A stretch of DNA of 64,000 nt, from the IMG/VR virus record IMGVR_UViG_3300037067_016777, positions 64,001 to 128,000 of that record. The stretch is one strand, 5' to 3'. A program made the translations under genes and the position numbers. The first letter of the stretch is position 1. Each line of letters begins with the position of its first letter. This stretch comes from a virus. Lineage: Duplodnaviria; Caudoviricetes. A model generated the notes under the pieces. It did no database searches. It was not told the origin of the DNA and worked only from the letters and a program-made list of their open reading frames with translations. Positions 20,179-30,195 of this stretch are shown here, one piece after another.

Positions 20179-20251
20179 AGCCGATGGAGGGAATCGGACC
20201 CACAACCCTGTGATTACAGATCACATGCTCTACCAATTGAGCTACACCGGC
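20179..20251 (-). tRNA. tRNA-Thr(UGU)
   Basis: GCCGGTG-TAGCTCAATTGGTAGAGC-A-TGTGA TCTGTAA TCACA-GGGTT-GTGGG TCCGATT CCCTC-CATCGGC-T. Confidence 0.82.
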
Positions 20252-20262
20252 TAATTTTAACG

Positions 20263-20625
20263 TTAGTCGCTTCTACCAAAGCCATTTCTAGCCGAACCAG
20301 CTGCCTTTGCGCATAATATATTGGGATCTGGGATAGGCAATGGATGGTTTTCAGCACATTTTACACAATATCGTGTGTCTGGCAATAGTTCTAAGCGTTC
20401 AATCGGAATTATTGTCCCACAATCATCACACAGCTTGCTTGGTTTCCGAGTTGAATAACTGACAGAAATTGTTCGAGACCAATAGAATTCCTTACCGCAC
20501 CTACCACATTCATCTTGGCTATCTTCTTCGCCACCACCACCATATTCATAACTCTCGCTATGAACATACCCGCAATGCGGACACACTATTTCTTTGGTAT
20601 ATTCACAATCAATCTTTTCAGCCAT
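20263..20625 (-). CDS. TraR/DksA C4-type zinc finger protein with an extra N-terminal Zn ribbon
   Basis: CDDCGTIIPIERLELLPDTRYCVKCAE; N-terminal CPHC..CGRC. Confidence 0.8.
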   Translation of the reverse strand: MAEKIDCEYTKEIVCPHCGYVHSESYEYGGGGEEDSQDECGRCGKEFYWSRTISVSYSTRKPSKLCDDCGTIIPIERLELLPDTRYCVKCAENHPLPIPDPNILCAKAAGSARNGFGRSD

Positions 20626-20639
20626 TTGAGTAGTACTAT

Positions 20640-21005
20640 CTAATGGTGTTTATACCAATCTTTTAGGCCAGCTGCAAGAAGCCCATTTTCTAGAAATTGT
20701 TTCTGCGATCTACTAAAACCACGCCGCTTACACATCTGCTCGAATTCATCTTTGTTGACCGGCACGGCAATATCTGCCCACATTATCAATTCTTGTCTAA
20801 CAAGTTGACGCCAACGAAAAGTGGCACTCGGATTCCTCTTAATTCTAGCCCGTACCCAATCTTCATTGGTTGTGAGGAAATCGGTAATCTTGCCGATATA
20901 GCGTTTCGACAATATAAGACGCTTGCGTTCTTTCCTGCGCGTTGCTATTAACTCGCGGACCGCCACTAAGTCATCTTCTCGTACTTTGAGCGTAGTGAAT
21001 TTCAT
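20640..21005 (-). CDS. Hypothetical protein
   Basis: ATGA-coupled ORF. Confidence 0.5.
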   Translation of the reverse strand: MKFTTLKVREDDLVAVRELIATRRKERKRLILSKRYIGKITDFLTTNEDWVRARIKRNPSATFRWRQLVRQELIMWADIAVPVNKDEFEQMCKRRGFSRSQKQFLENGLLAAGLKDWYKHH

Positions 21006-21295
21006 ATGAGCAAACCACCAATGTTTTCATAGATACTCTGCACAATCTTCAAATCGCGCATGTCGAATTCATCACAGAACTTGACTTCAAATAGTCCAGG
21101 GATTGCTATTATACGGTCAATTTTCAGAAATGGAGAGTCACCAACAACACGAACTAAGTAATGGCTCTCAGTTGCAGGCTTTCTACGTGCATTACATACA
21201 TCAATTGCCAGATATACCCCGGCTTTCAATTCCTGAATATCGCTTTGAATGGTGTTTCCAAGTAGCATGTTGCTCTCCATCCTACTCAAACTAAG

Positions 21296-21591
21296 TAGAC
21301 CCGGCAGGACTCGAACCTGCGAACCAAGAAATTATGCATACCACTTCGTTTTTCAACGCCTCTTTCGAGTTCGTGGTCTGGACCATACCTTCACTTTACG
21401 TGTCTGCCGTCTGGTCTCTACACCTTCTGCTAAGCAGCTTGGCTCGGTATTAGCATTGCAGCCTTCACCGAATTTGACAGATTCTACCACAACCCTCATA
21501 AGAAAGCTGTAGCAACCCAATAGGATAATCATGCTTGCGTTTAGATTATCCTGCAAAAGTTTCCTGCTCTAACCAACTGAGCTACGGGTCC
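21296..21591 (-). tRNA. tRNA(CAU), Ile2-like, interrupted by a group I intron (exons 21591-21558 and 21336-21296)
   Basis: 5' exon GGACCCGTAGCTCAGTTGGTTAGAGCAGGAAACT and 3' exon CATAATTTCTTGGTTCGCAGGTTCGAGTCCTGCCGGGTCTA join to a cloverleaf with a CT-CAT-AA loop. Confidence 0.88.
21337..21557 (-). ncRNA. Group I self-splicing intron (about 221 nt, no ORF)
   Basis: P AAATTCGGTGAA, Q AATACCGAGCCAAG, R GTAGAGACCAGACGG, S GAAGGTATGGTCC core elements; preceded by exon U and ends in G. Confidence 0.88.
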
Positions 21592-21866
21592 ATTCTCCTT
21601 AAATACTTCTTGTCATTTTCTAGTTTGGTATTTTCTGATAAGCCCAGCCAGCAAAAGTCTTCAGGGGGGTACTTCCTGATTCTTTCCCAGGCTTGCCATA
21701 ATGCATTTGTGGTGTCGTTCTGCGCCAATTAACAACGCCGTCGATGATGCTCTCGACGATTTTCTGTGTTCCATTACATCCCTCGTAAACTTCACCTTCC
21801 TTGATTTCGGTAGTTTTCATAGACATTAACTGACAACCTCCAGCGGTTTGTAAATTTGTAGCTTCC

Positions 21867-22484
21867 CTAGTCGTCACTGAGTCCGTGTTTGAATTTCTCG
21901 CAGCCCCTGATGTGCCGTGGGTCGATTCCTCTACATATCGGACATCTTGCAATCTTCAAGATTGATAATATTTCGTCAAGTGAAAATGGTCGCCACTCCC
22001 CAAGCAATGCGAATGCGTTATCTATTCCAACATCCATTGCTCTTCTTCCTGGAAAATGTTCGTTCAAGAATGCCTCAGATCTACCATGAGAATGGCCATA
22101 TAGGTGTATCGATTTTGGTTTTTCGCGCCCACGCCAAGAGAATATCGGATAATGGCATAGATGAAATCTAACACCATCGATTTTGGCGTAATCGATCTCT
22201 TTATATGACGAGACGTACTTTGAAAGAGATCGATAATCGTGGTTTCCGCCTATAACATGTATTCTGCGGACTTTGAATTTCGCACGGTAATGCCCATACC
22301 AGCTAGCGCCCCAAATCCAATCACCAAGAACACGTAATTCATCGCTCGGCTTCACAACGCGATTGCACTCACTTATGAAGTGTTCGCTCATTGTGTCTAT
22401 ATCGCCGAACGTAGCGGCTCTAAGCGGCATATGCTTGAGTACGTTCCCGTGCCGGATATGCATGTCAGCAACGAACCAGATCAT
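21867..22484 (-). CDS. Calcineurin-like metallophosphoesterase
   Basis: ADMH, LGD, GNHD, CHYP, LYGHSH, DVGID motifs; ATG 22484 overlaps the upstream stop. Confidence 0.88.
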   Translation of the reverse strand: MIWFVADMHIRHGNVLKHMPLRAATFGDIDTMSEHFISECNRVVKPSDELRVLGDWIWGASWYGHYRAKFKVRRIHVIGGNHDYRSLSKYVSSYKEIDYAKIDGVRFHLCHYPIFSWRGREKPKSIHLYGHSHGRSEAFLNEHFPGRRAMDVGIDNAFALLGEWRPFSLDEILSILKIARCPICRGIDPRHIRGCEKFKHGLSDD

Positions 22485-22843
22485 ACTTCGATCTCGACAC
22501 GAGTAACAGTGCAACACTTCGCACTGCGAACATCGGCTACTGCCGACTTGATGGCTTGTTCAAGCGACTCGGCCTCTCGGCTGAATCGTATCCAAACGCG
22601 ATCACCACAACTAGCGATTGTGCCATCGCCACATCCAGCTTCCATGAGAGGGTCAGCTATCAACTTCATATTAGTGCCACTATCAAGGCACACAATGAAG
22701 TCGAATGTTTTCTGTTTGCTACTGAAGATTCGACGTGCTTCCTCCCAATCTACACGATCTACCACAACATGCTCGTGGTCAGGACTTTGTTGTAGACTGT
22801 CGTGGTTATGTAAGAAATTGATTCGTTGCATTAATGCTGCCAT
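22481..22843 (-). CDS. Hypothetical protein
   Basis: EAGCGDGT...FSREAESLEQAI.SAVADV pattern; GGAG RBS. Confidence 0.55.
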   Translation of the reverse strand: MAALMQRINFLHNHDSLQQSPDHEHVVVDRVDWEEARRIFSSKQKTFDFIVCLDSGTNMKLIADPLMEAGCGDGTIASCGDRVWIRFSREAESLEQAIKSAVADVRSAKCCTVTRVEIEV

Positions 22844-22861
22844 AGTAATCTCCGTAAATAC

Positions 22862-23902
22862 CTACAAATTGCTGAGTTTGGTCTCGTCCTCCGCTATCCA
22901 TTCAAGAATTCTATTGATATATTCTTCGACGTTTTCTATTTTGTCCTCCAAATCGCTTAGCCACCCTTCCGCTCTTTCGCGATAGTCGTCATTCCAAGCA
23001 GAAAATATTTTATCTTGGAGATCTGAAGCACTAGCACGCATTTTTGTGAGATTAGATTTAGCAGTACAAAGCCGTTCTCTGTTGCTTTCCAGATTGGTCG
23101 TTATCCTTTCTCTAATCCCAGACCTTTTATGCTCGTGGTGCTCGTCTAGCCGACGCCTCAATTCTTCCCACCATATATCATGAGTCTTGCGCATCTCTTG
23201 GATGGCATGAAAGCATTCTTGCTTGTGTTCGCCAAACATCTCTTCTTTGTGATTATGCAGTCTATCTCCGGCATTCTTCAACAAGCGCGACATTGCCTTC
23301 ATTTCATCGGTATCAACAAAACCAATACCACCAGGCAAGATAGCTAGTTCGCACGGTCGTGCGTTCTCGATATCAGACAGAATATCATTCCTTAAGTATT
23401 CCGATTGACGTCTCCTATTTGTCTGGTTTTCTTTTACGCGATCCCAGCATTCATTATGCCTCTCGCGCATGCTTTGCAGAGCCTCAAAACACGCTTTTTT
23501 ATGCTCTGCGATCATTTCACGCTTATGGTCACTAAATTTCCTATTGGCGTCGTTAAGTATAACACCCAGATCTTTAAGCGAATTGCGGAGCTCGCCGTGC
23601 GACAAAGCAAACGATAGCGGTTGTGCGTTGGCGATATCGCTTAATATCTCATCCATTAAGTGTTCTGAGCGTACGCGAAAATTCTTTTGCTGGTTTTTGG
23701 CGTCATCGCATAACAAGCTAAACGAGTCCCAAAGTCTTTCTCTGTCGTTAGACGATAGAGGTTTTAGAGTTTTAAATAATACATTGATTTCTTTTACCAA
23801 GTCCCAAAAATCTCTATAACTTCTCGAAGATAGGTGGTCCTCTAAGCTGCCAATAGCATCGCTAATTATTCTCGCATTAGCTTCACATCCACTATTTTGC
23901 AT
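22862..23902 (-). CDS. Helical-repeat protein (DUF349-like)
   Basis: RERLWDSF motif and internal repeat (EILSDIANAQP / DILSDIENARP; HKREM..EHK..CF.A.Q.MR twice). Confidence 0.55.
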   Translation of the reverse strand: MQNSGCEANARIISDAIGSLEDHLSSRSYRDFWDLVKEINVLFKTLKPLSSNDRERLWDSFSLLCDDAKNQQKNFRVRSEHLMDEILSDIANAQPLSFALSHGELRNSLKDLGVILNDANRKFSDHKREMIAEHKKACFEALQSMRERHNECWDRVKENQTNRRRQSEYLRNDILSDIENARPCELAILPGGIGFVDTDEMKAMSRLLKNAGDRLHNHKEEMFGEHKQECFHAIQEMRKTHDIWWEELRRRLDEHHEHKRSGIRERITTNLESNRERLCTAKSNLTKMRASASDLQDKIFSAWNDDYRERAEGWLSDLEDKIENVEEYINRILEWIAEDETKLSNL

Positions 23903-23932
23903 AATCCACCATGGCGTAGATTGTTGCGTATT

Positions 23933-24253
23933 TTATTCTCTACAAACTCTTTTCATAGCCTCTTCAAAAGAAATCCTCGTGCTGATGTCTTCAACCTTCA
24001 CATTAGCACCAGTGTACGGTTTCGCCATATGCCGCCCGACAGGAACTTCGAGTTGCTCGCTCAAAGTCTGTGCCACTATTTGCGCGGCGATCCTATGACC
24101 AAAAGTCGAAGGACAAGCCGATGTGCCCATCCATGACTTGGTTTTCATATCAAAGATACCCCAGGCTTTGGGGCTCTTTAAGGTGCCAGGAACGAAATCT
24201 TCTTTTGTAAGCTCCGGTTCTTGTGCTGATTCGAATTTAAGAATGTCGCTCAT
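23933..24253 (-). CDS. Hypothetical protein
   Basis: ATGA-coupled ORF. Confidence 0.5.
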   Translation of the reverse strand: MSDILKFESAQEPELTKEDFVPGTLKSPKAWGIFDMKTKSWMGTSACPSTFGHRIAAQIVAQTLSEQLEVPVGRHMAKPYTGANVKVEDISTRISFEEAMKRVCRE

Positions 24254-24696
24254 TTGTTACGATACTCCATCATAGTCCGATAAACCAACATATTTGGCGT
24301 ATGCAGCCTGAAATAAAGGCTATCATCGTCATACTTAATCTTGGCGACAGCGGCGGCAACTGCGGGCGAACGGCACGTACCCGCAAGGCAATGAATCAAT
24401 AGTAAATCAACTTTATCCCAAACAGATTCAACAAAATCCCAAATCTGTGTAGCATGGCTTTTGTCGAATAAGATTTTGTCTCCGTTCGGCTTATCAATAT
24501 CGTCGAATGCGATCCGTAACCAGTCGACAAGCTGGTATTTGTTGATTTTAGGCCAATCGCCCGGTTCGCAGCCAATAGAGATGCAAGCCCAAGGCTTGTC
24601 ACTTACGAAGCCATTGGCCGCTGCCTTGCCTACAACTAGCAACTTGCCGTTGATGGGCTGCCCAAATCGCGACTCACTATCATCGTAGTTGTACAT
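24250..24696 (-). CDS. Protein-tyrosine/dual-specificity phosphatase-like protein
   Basis: FDDID loop and HCLAGTCRS (HCX5R) catalytic motif, PNMLVY. Confidence 0.85.
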   Translation of the reverse strand: MYNYDDSESRFGQPINGKLLVVGKAAANGFVSDKPWACISIGCEPGDWPKINKYQLVDWLRIAFDDIDKPNGDKILFDKSHATQIWDFVESVWDKVDLLLIHCLAGTCRSPAVAAAVAKIKYDDDSLYFRLHTPNMLVYRTMMEYRNK

Positions 24697-24991
24697 CTTA
24701 CCTCAATCTTGATAGCCACAATCAGGGCGTAATTACCGTTTGCGTATTTCGGTTATCTTCATATATCTTCCTCGCCGAGAGCTACACGACAAACGTAACG
24801 CAACACACGCACTTGATATTCGAATAATTCAATTTGAATTTTCTCGCCTTCTTTATTCCGAATTACATCAAGGATATATTGCGGCGGCGAATTATTCAAC
24901 ATTTCTGTCAGTTTAGCATCCATCTCTCTGATGCCATCTAACACGACAGATGCATTTTCTCCAGTTCCCCAAACTGGATCGTACGAGTCGC

Positions 24992-25423
24992 TTACTGGTC
25001 CTGGCATTGATTCTTCAATTCGTCAATTCGTTGTTGTAAAGTCGTATAATCGCCACTGTAATAAGCCTCCATCGACTTTGCTTCCATTTCAAGATCGCGC
25101 GGCGGCAACATATACGGTTGCTTTCCTAATTGCTCTTGGATTTTGGGATTCAAATACTTTGCCTTACTGGCGACACGCAGAAATAACATACCGGTGAGAA
25201 TGAACACAGCACCAACATAAGCGGCGGCTATACCTAAAACGAGGGATAGATCGCTAATATGAGGTAGCCATATCTTGAAGATCGGAAAAGTGCCGACGAT
25301 TATAAACATACAAGCCTGATAAGTCGTACTCCTCTTTTTGACGACCATTTCAACCATCATCGCCAAGCCTATAATCTGACCCAGACTCAAAGCCAATATG
25401 AGGATTACTGATACATTATCCAT
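24992..25423 (-). CDS. Membrane protein
   Basis: Three hydrophobic segments. Confidence 0.55.
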   Translation of the reverse strand: MDNVSVILILALSLGQIIGLAMMVEMVVKKRSTTYQACMFIIVGTFPIFKIWLPHISDLSLVLGIAAAYVGAVFILTGMLFLRVASKAKYLNPKIQEQLGKQPYMLPPRDLEMEAKSMEAYYSGDYTTLQQRIDELKNQCQDQ

Positions 25424-25481
25424 TTGTTATTTCCTAAAGATGTGTGCCAAGAGGGTTAACCCTCTTGGCACATTTGAATAT

Positions 25482-25886
25482 CTACCACCCATACCAATAG
25501 GTAGGCTGTGGGTAGACGTAATAAGACGAGGGACAGGAATAGATTGGTGGACAGACATAAACCGGTTGTGGACAGCTATAAACCGGAATAGTAGAGTAAA
25601 CAATCGGCTCGTCGACCCAGTATATCTGTCGAACGGTCCTGGTTCGCTCTTCCCAATACGGTGCCGGTTGAACAGCATGGAGGCAGCCGTGATCACACCG
25701 CTCCCAGGTTGTGGCAGGATAGACCTTGATTTGATATTTCTCCTCAACCAATCGTTCATGCCAACCGGCGTTTGCTACGTTGGCGGTAAACAATAACAGA
25801 CACACCACTAACCATCTCATGATAGTCTCCTGGAAAGAGCATATACTTGAAGAACGTACCAAAAATAGGTCATAGCCTGACGGCAA
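25482..25886 (-). CDS. Small secreted Tyr/Pro/Cys-rich protein
   Basis: Signal-peptide-like MRWLVVCLLLFTANVANA (likely start) after an AGGAG RBS. Confidence 0.55.
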   Translation of the reverse strand: MPSGYDLFLVRSSSICSFQETIMRWLVVCLLLFTANVANAGWHERLVEEKYQIKVYPATTWERCDHGCLHAVQPAPYWEERTRTVRQIYWVDEPIVYSTIPVYSCPQPVYVCPPIYSCPSSYYVYPQPTYWYGW

Positions 25887-26071
25887 TAGACGTTTAACTG
25901 AAGACGTTGTGTAGCTCGGCGTAATTATGCACCGCCTCCTCGGAAGTAGTTATGCAGCAATTCGTATTTCTTCAATCTTTGCTATAATATAGATAGTCTC
26001 ATAAAATTATCTTTGGTGAGATAAATTATAAAACCTGAAGCATAAGTATATCAGTTACGTATTTTGATTAT

Positions 26072-27208
26072 ATGGAACCTTTAACTCTACAGCTACGGCC
26101 CAAGATATTCGATGACGTTATCGGACAATCGCATCTCATTGCTTCTGGAGCGGCGTTTAGAAAATCAATCGAATCTAATAAATTCGGTAATTTTATCCTT
26201 TATGGCGTACCGGGTTGCGGCAAAACAAGCATAGTTAATGTTGTCGAACAACAACATAAAATCCATAAATTCAATGCTACTACTTTCACAGTAAAAGAAT
26301 TACGTAAAGCTCTCGATGTTACGGAAGATGTAATTGTCTTTATCGATGATTGCTATAGATTGACGTCAACACAAAGTGATGTACTATTACCATATTTAGA
26401 AACCAGCAGGGTGCGCTTCATTGGTGCTTCGGCGGACAATCCTTTCTTGACGTTGAGGTCGTCTTTACTTTCGCGATGCCAGATATACACTCTGGAACCT
26501 CTTACGGAAATCGACATCGCAAGAGTGATTGTGAAAGGGGTTAAACACCTAAAAGCAATTGATGAATTCACTAGCATCGACAAGGACGCAATACTTTATA
26601 TATCGCGAATCGCCTGTGGTGACGCTAGGAAAGCGTTATCTATTTTAGAGACTGTTTATAATTACAACTGCAAGATAAATCTTGAAAACGTCAAGAAGAT
26701 CGCACCATCAAAATATTATAGACGATCGGAAGACGACAAATACGACTATGCCAGTTGGTTCCAAGGTGCTGTACAAGCTTCTGATCCAGACGCAGCAATT
26801 TACGCAATGGCGGCTTGGTTAGAAAGTGGTGAAGATCCGAGATATGTTGCACGCAGGCTCTTGGTTAGTGCGGCCGAAGATGCATACTCTAATCCGATTT
26901 GTACAGCCGTAGCGCACGCGGCATATATATCGGCGTGTGAAATAGGTCGTCCTGAGTGTGATTTAATCATGGCTCAAGCTGTTTGTTTGATAGCAACAAG
27001 CAAACGCGATAAAACTTCACATGATGCAGTTCGTGCTGCTGTTGAGGACGTGCGGCATGGTGTGCATCTTGAAGTGCCGAAAACGATGAAGGACAGCCAC
27101 TATCGCGGGGTTGCTATTCTTGGTAATGGGCAATATCATGATGGTGCAGATCAAAGTTCATACGCTGGCGTTCGCAAAAAATATTTTAAGCCGGAGAATT
27201 GGCAATGA
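26072..27208 (+). CDS. rarA: Replication-associated recombination protein A (RarA/MgsA AAA+ ATPase)
   Basis: PL..LRP..FDDVIGQ.HL, GVPGCGKTS, LLSRC, GDARKAL, SDPDAA, GEDPRYVARRL..AAED. Confidence 0.9.
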   Translation: MEPLTLQLRPKIFDDVIGQSHLIASGAAFRKSIESNKFGNFILYGVPGCGKTSIVNVVEQQHKIHKFNATTFTVKELRKALDVTEDVIVFIDDCYRLTSTQSDVLLPYLETSRVRFIGASADNPFLTLRSSLLSRCQIYTLEPLTEIDIARVIVKGVKHLKAIDEFTSIDKDAILYISRIACGDARKALSILETVYNYNCKINLENVKKIAPSKYYRRSEDDKYDYASWFQGAVQASDPDAAIYAMAAWLESGEDPRYVARRLLVSAAEDAYSNPICTAVAHAAYISACEIGRPECDLIMAQAVCLIATSKRDKTSHDAVRAAVEDVRHGVHLEVPKTMKDSHYRGVAILGNGQYHDGADQSSYAGVRKKYFKPENWQ

Positions 27209-27669
27209 TTGATTTCGTCCACTTATTAGAACGCTTAAGGTCTTGGTCCAACGCAAAGCATGCATGCACACAATGCAGTATGCTTGAACCAGCTTGCGAA
27301 TGTCGTAGTGGGCACGAAGAGGGACAGAATTGGGCACCTACTGAAGAATCGCGATTTATCGATGAAGCAATTTCTGCAATGGAAATGTTACTAAATTTCG
27401 CAGAAAGAGCATGTCCTAAATGCGATGGCTGCGGCAAGCTTTTATTGCGGGGCGGTATTACTGAAGCTGACGGTATCACGAAAAAGCCAGCACGTGTTGT
27501 ATGCGTCAAATGCAAAGATCCGAACTTTGTACCAGAACCATCTAGTGCTTCTCTGTCATTAGAACACTGGACTTTGACTGATGGTGATGCCGAGACAGTT
27601 TTGAAGGCGTTGGCAGACGGATTAGCTACAGCAAGAATAGAGATAAAACAACTCAAACCGTTTTCATGA
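27199..27669 (+). CDS. Zinc-binding hypothetical protein
   Basis: Several CxxC pairs; coupled to rarA. Confidence 0.5.
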   Translation: MAMIDFVHLLERLRSWSNAKHACTQCSMLEPACECRSGHEEGQNWAPTEESRFIDEAISAMEMLLNFAERACPKCDGCGKLLLRGGITEADGITKKPARVVCVKCKDPNFVPEPSSASLSLEHWTLTDGDAETVLKALADGLATARIEIKQLKPFS

Positions 27670-28112
27670 TCGGTAGCAAAACAGAGGAACTTCCTGAAGA
27701 TTTACGGTCGTTCGCACGACATTTTCAATCCGGATGCGAATGCAAGTGCGATCTATCTGTTGGATATGTTTGCGAATCGTGCGTATTACATGGATTGATG
27801 TTTGACGCAGCAAGGGAAATCGAAAAATTGAGAGGTATAACTGCCGAAAAAAGAAAGACTGATAGAGAGCGAGTGGCTACTCTGCCGATTGCTTATCGCA
27901 CTAGTGTGACGTATGTTGGTCGAAATATTTACACCATTGATGGCGTGAAAGGTTTGTATTGGCTATACAAAAGGCTACAAGACAAAGATCTACCAAAAGT
28001 ATCAGCCAGACGTAAAAGTACGCGTGGATGTAGTTGGGCTGAATCAGTTTTTGTACGAGTAAAAGAATTAGAGGAATTGCTAAAACCAGTAATCTGTCAA
28101 TTGGAAACTTGA
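27666..28112 (+). CDS. Hypothetical protein
   Basis: ATGA-coupled, Cys-rich. Confidence 0.5.
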   Translation: MIGSKTEELPEDLRSFARHFQSGCECKCDLSVGYVCESCVLHGLMFDAAREIEKLRGITAEKRKTDRERVATLPIAYRTSVTYVGRNIYTIDGVKGLYWLYKRLQDKDLPKVSARRKSTRGCSWAESVFVRVKELEELLKPVICQLET

Positions 28113-28115
28113 ACT

Positions 28116-28424
28116 ATGAGTGAAGCCATTAGACATACACCGAAATTAGCCGAGCGACAGCACGATGGTATTTCATATTACATTTTTTGGTGTCCTGGCT
28201 GCAAGTGTGGGCATTCTTATTGTGTTGGTGGTCCTACTTCTTGGGAATTCAATGGCGATGTAGAAGAACCAACATTCAAACCATCACTGTTGAATTATAA
28301 TGAAATTTCCAGATGCCACCTTTTTATAATAGATGGCAAGATTAGTTACTGTGGCGATTGTTCCCATGAACTGGCTGGAACTACGATAGATATGGCTCCT
28401 ATTCCAGTTGGCTATGGAATATAA
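28116..28424 (+). CDS. DUF6527-like protein
   Basis: FWCPGC..H, WEFNGD..PTF.PSLL, RCH.FI.DG.I.YCGDC.H.LAG. Confidence 0.65.
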   Translation: MSEAIRHTPKLAERQHDGISYYIFWCPGCKCGHSYCVGGPTSWEFNGDVEEPTFKPSLLNYNEISRCHLFIIDGKISYCGDCSHELAGTTIDMAPIPVGYGI

Positions 28425-29227
28425 GATCTTCTACACTGTGAGCAGCTAGCACACAACCCAAGTTCCGATTGCTGCGATTCAATATGATAATTTCTGACAG
28501 CATTGTATTCTATGCTATTCCAAACTTCTTCGATTGTCTGCTGATAAACGTTACCAAGGCAATGCTCGCCATGGACGTCCGCATGGCATTGGGCGACTCT
28601 GCCATCTACTAGTATCGTAAATGTTCGCCATAGACGATTGCATTTTATGAATTTACCAGCAGTTTTATTTCCATGCTGCCCACCCCAGTTGTGTTTTGGC
28701 CCAAGCGCAAATTCAACAGGGAAGTGTATCAGTGAGGTGGCGCTGTGGTTGGTGCAGCACGTCACATAAATGCGTGTCTTTGATTTCAAAGAATCACGCG
28801 TTTTTATTAATCCTTTGATATTCTTTTCCACCTCTGACCATTTAAGAGGCTGCCTTATTTCTTCAAATTGTTCTGGCGTCGAGCCGTCTACGCTTATCTT
28901 GATTTCATCTATTCCACTATCTAATAGCCTTTGTGCTCTATCTGAAGTGAGCAGGGATCCATTAGTGAAAATCTTAGTGTAAACTCGGCATTTCTGCTTT
29001 GCTAGCCTAATTCTGTCTTCTAGATTGGCGTCAAGCAGAGGTTCGCCAAAATTGTGTAAGTGTATCTCTGACAATTTGTTCCGAGAACATTCGGCAATTA
29101 TCTTATCAAAGAGGTCATCAGGCATGATACGCACAGGGCGTAGCATACTATTATGCGGACACATAATACAATGAGCATTACATGCGTTGGTTGTCTCAAT
29201 TCGTACGACTGGCGGAAATGTAGCCAT
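28412..29227 (-). CDS. Radical SAM/SPASM domain protein
   Basis: CNAHCIMC, GEPLLD, TNGSLL, C-terminal C..LW...DG.V..C..D...GN...C.SC. Confidence 0.9.
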   Translation of the reverse strand: MATFPPVVRIETTNACNAHCIMCPHNSMLRPVRIMPDDLFDKIIAECSRNKLSEIHLHNFGEPLLDANLEDRIRLAKQKCRVYTKIFTNGSLLTSDRAQRLLDSGIDEIKISVDGSTPEQFEEIRQPLKWSEVEKNIKGLIKTRDSLKSKTRIYVTCCTNHSATSLIHFPVEFALGPKHNWGGQHGNKTAGKFIKCNRLWRTFTILVDGRVAQCHADVHGEHCLGNVYQQTIEEVWNSIEYNAVRNYHIESQQSELGLCASCSQCRRSYIP

Positions 29228-29315
29228 ATACTTTTATGGTTTCTATGTTTAATTACTGCCAAAGAATGTCGGAAGATTGCGAGGTGAAATATAAAAAGGA
29301 AAAGGAGACATCATT

Positions 29316-29552
29316 ATGTTAAAGATTTTGATTGCGGCGTATCTTGGCGGCTGGTTTTCATCAGCATGTCCTTTCTATGCGACAACGAAAGCGGCGAATC
29401 CGAACCAGCCGATTAGGAATGCTTTTAAAGCATTTGGATTGTCGGCCGCTTGGATTATCTCGATTATACCTATAATGATAACATTCATCAAGGATCTGGT
29501 CGAGAGATTCAAACCGAAGGCGACCACAGCAGCCACAACAACACAAACCTAG
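29316..29552 (+). CDS. Small membrane protein
   Basis: AGGAG RBS, two hydrophobic segments. Confidence 0.55.
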   Translation: MLKILIAAYLGGWFSSACPFYATTKAANPNQPIRNAFKAFGLSAAWIISIIPIMITFIKDLVERFKPKATTAATTTQT

Positions 29553-29883
29553 GTGTGACTACATTTCTTGCGAAAAAACTTGTGGCTGATTGCGATAATC
29601 GTTTATGTCGCGTTGCTGTGACTATGTGGTCCTACCTCCATAACACTGGCGCAGAGCGACTGATCGTCGGTGGTATCTTATGGCCGATTAGATTGATTAA
29701 ATTGCTGCTTGGCGGGGGATAATTCCAGCCGCAGCCGATCGATCTCAGCGAGAGCCATCTTAAATGCCTCTAAGATTTCCGTTTCCACCATTAATTGAAT
29801 AAACTCTTGGAAAGGTTGCCTCTCATTATCTATTTCGACTAGTCGGCACCGCCACATCCGCTCGAATTCTGGCGTCCATTCTA

Positions 29884-30195
29884 TCACGGCGATACTCCAA
29901 TCAATGCCGTAAAACTATTATCACCTATTGTTATCTTATCTCCGTGTTGCAATGGTGTATTCTTATTGATGCGCTGCCCATTGATGATTGTTCCAACCTG
30001 TGTACCCAAGTCCCATATCATGAATCCGCCAATATCTCTATCGATCATGCATTGATAGTGACCGATAGATGAATCATCTAGACTAACAATATCACCATTG
30101 GTACCACGACCAATAATTACTGGGAATTGATGTAGTTTGATAGACTTAACTGGTGATAATAATGATAATTCTAACATATAACCTATTAAATACAT
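29884..30195 (-). CDS. FHA domain protein
   Basis: IIGRG...SIGHYQC...DLGTQVGTIING....L.HGDKI.IG. Confidence 0.8.
   Translation of the reverse strand: MYLIGYMLELSLLSPVKSIKLHQFPVIIGRGTNGDIVSLDDSSIGHYQCMIDRDIGGFMIWDLGTQVGTIINGQRINKNTPLQHGDKITIGDNSFTALIGVSP

Noticed and set aside
20179-20251. tRNA-Tyr(GUA) reading of CTGTAA
   Set aside because: The anticodon stem TGTGA/TCACA centres TGT, there is no long variable arm, and the acceptor stem is Thr-like
21867-22484. Mre11/SbcD partner for the Rad50-like ATPase
   Set aside because: Short phage-type phosphoesterase without a capping domain, about 36 kb away
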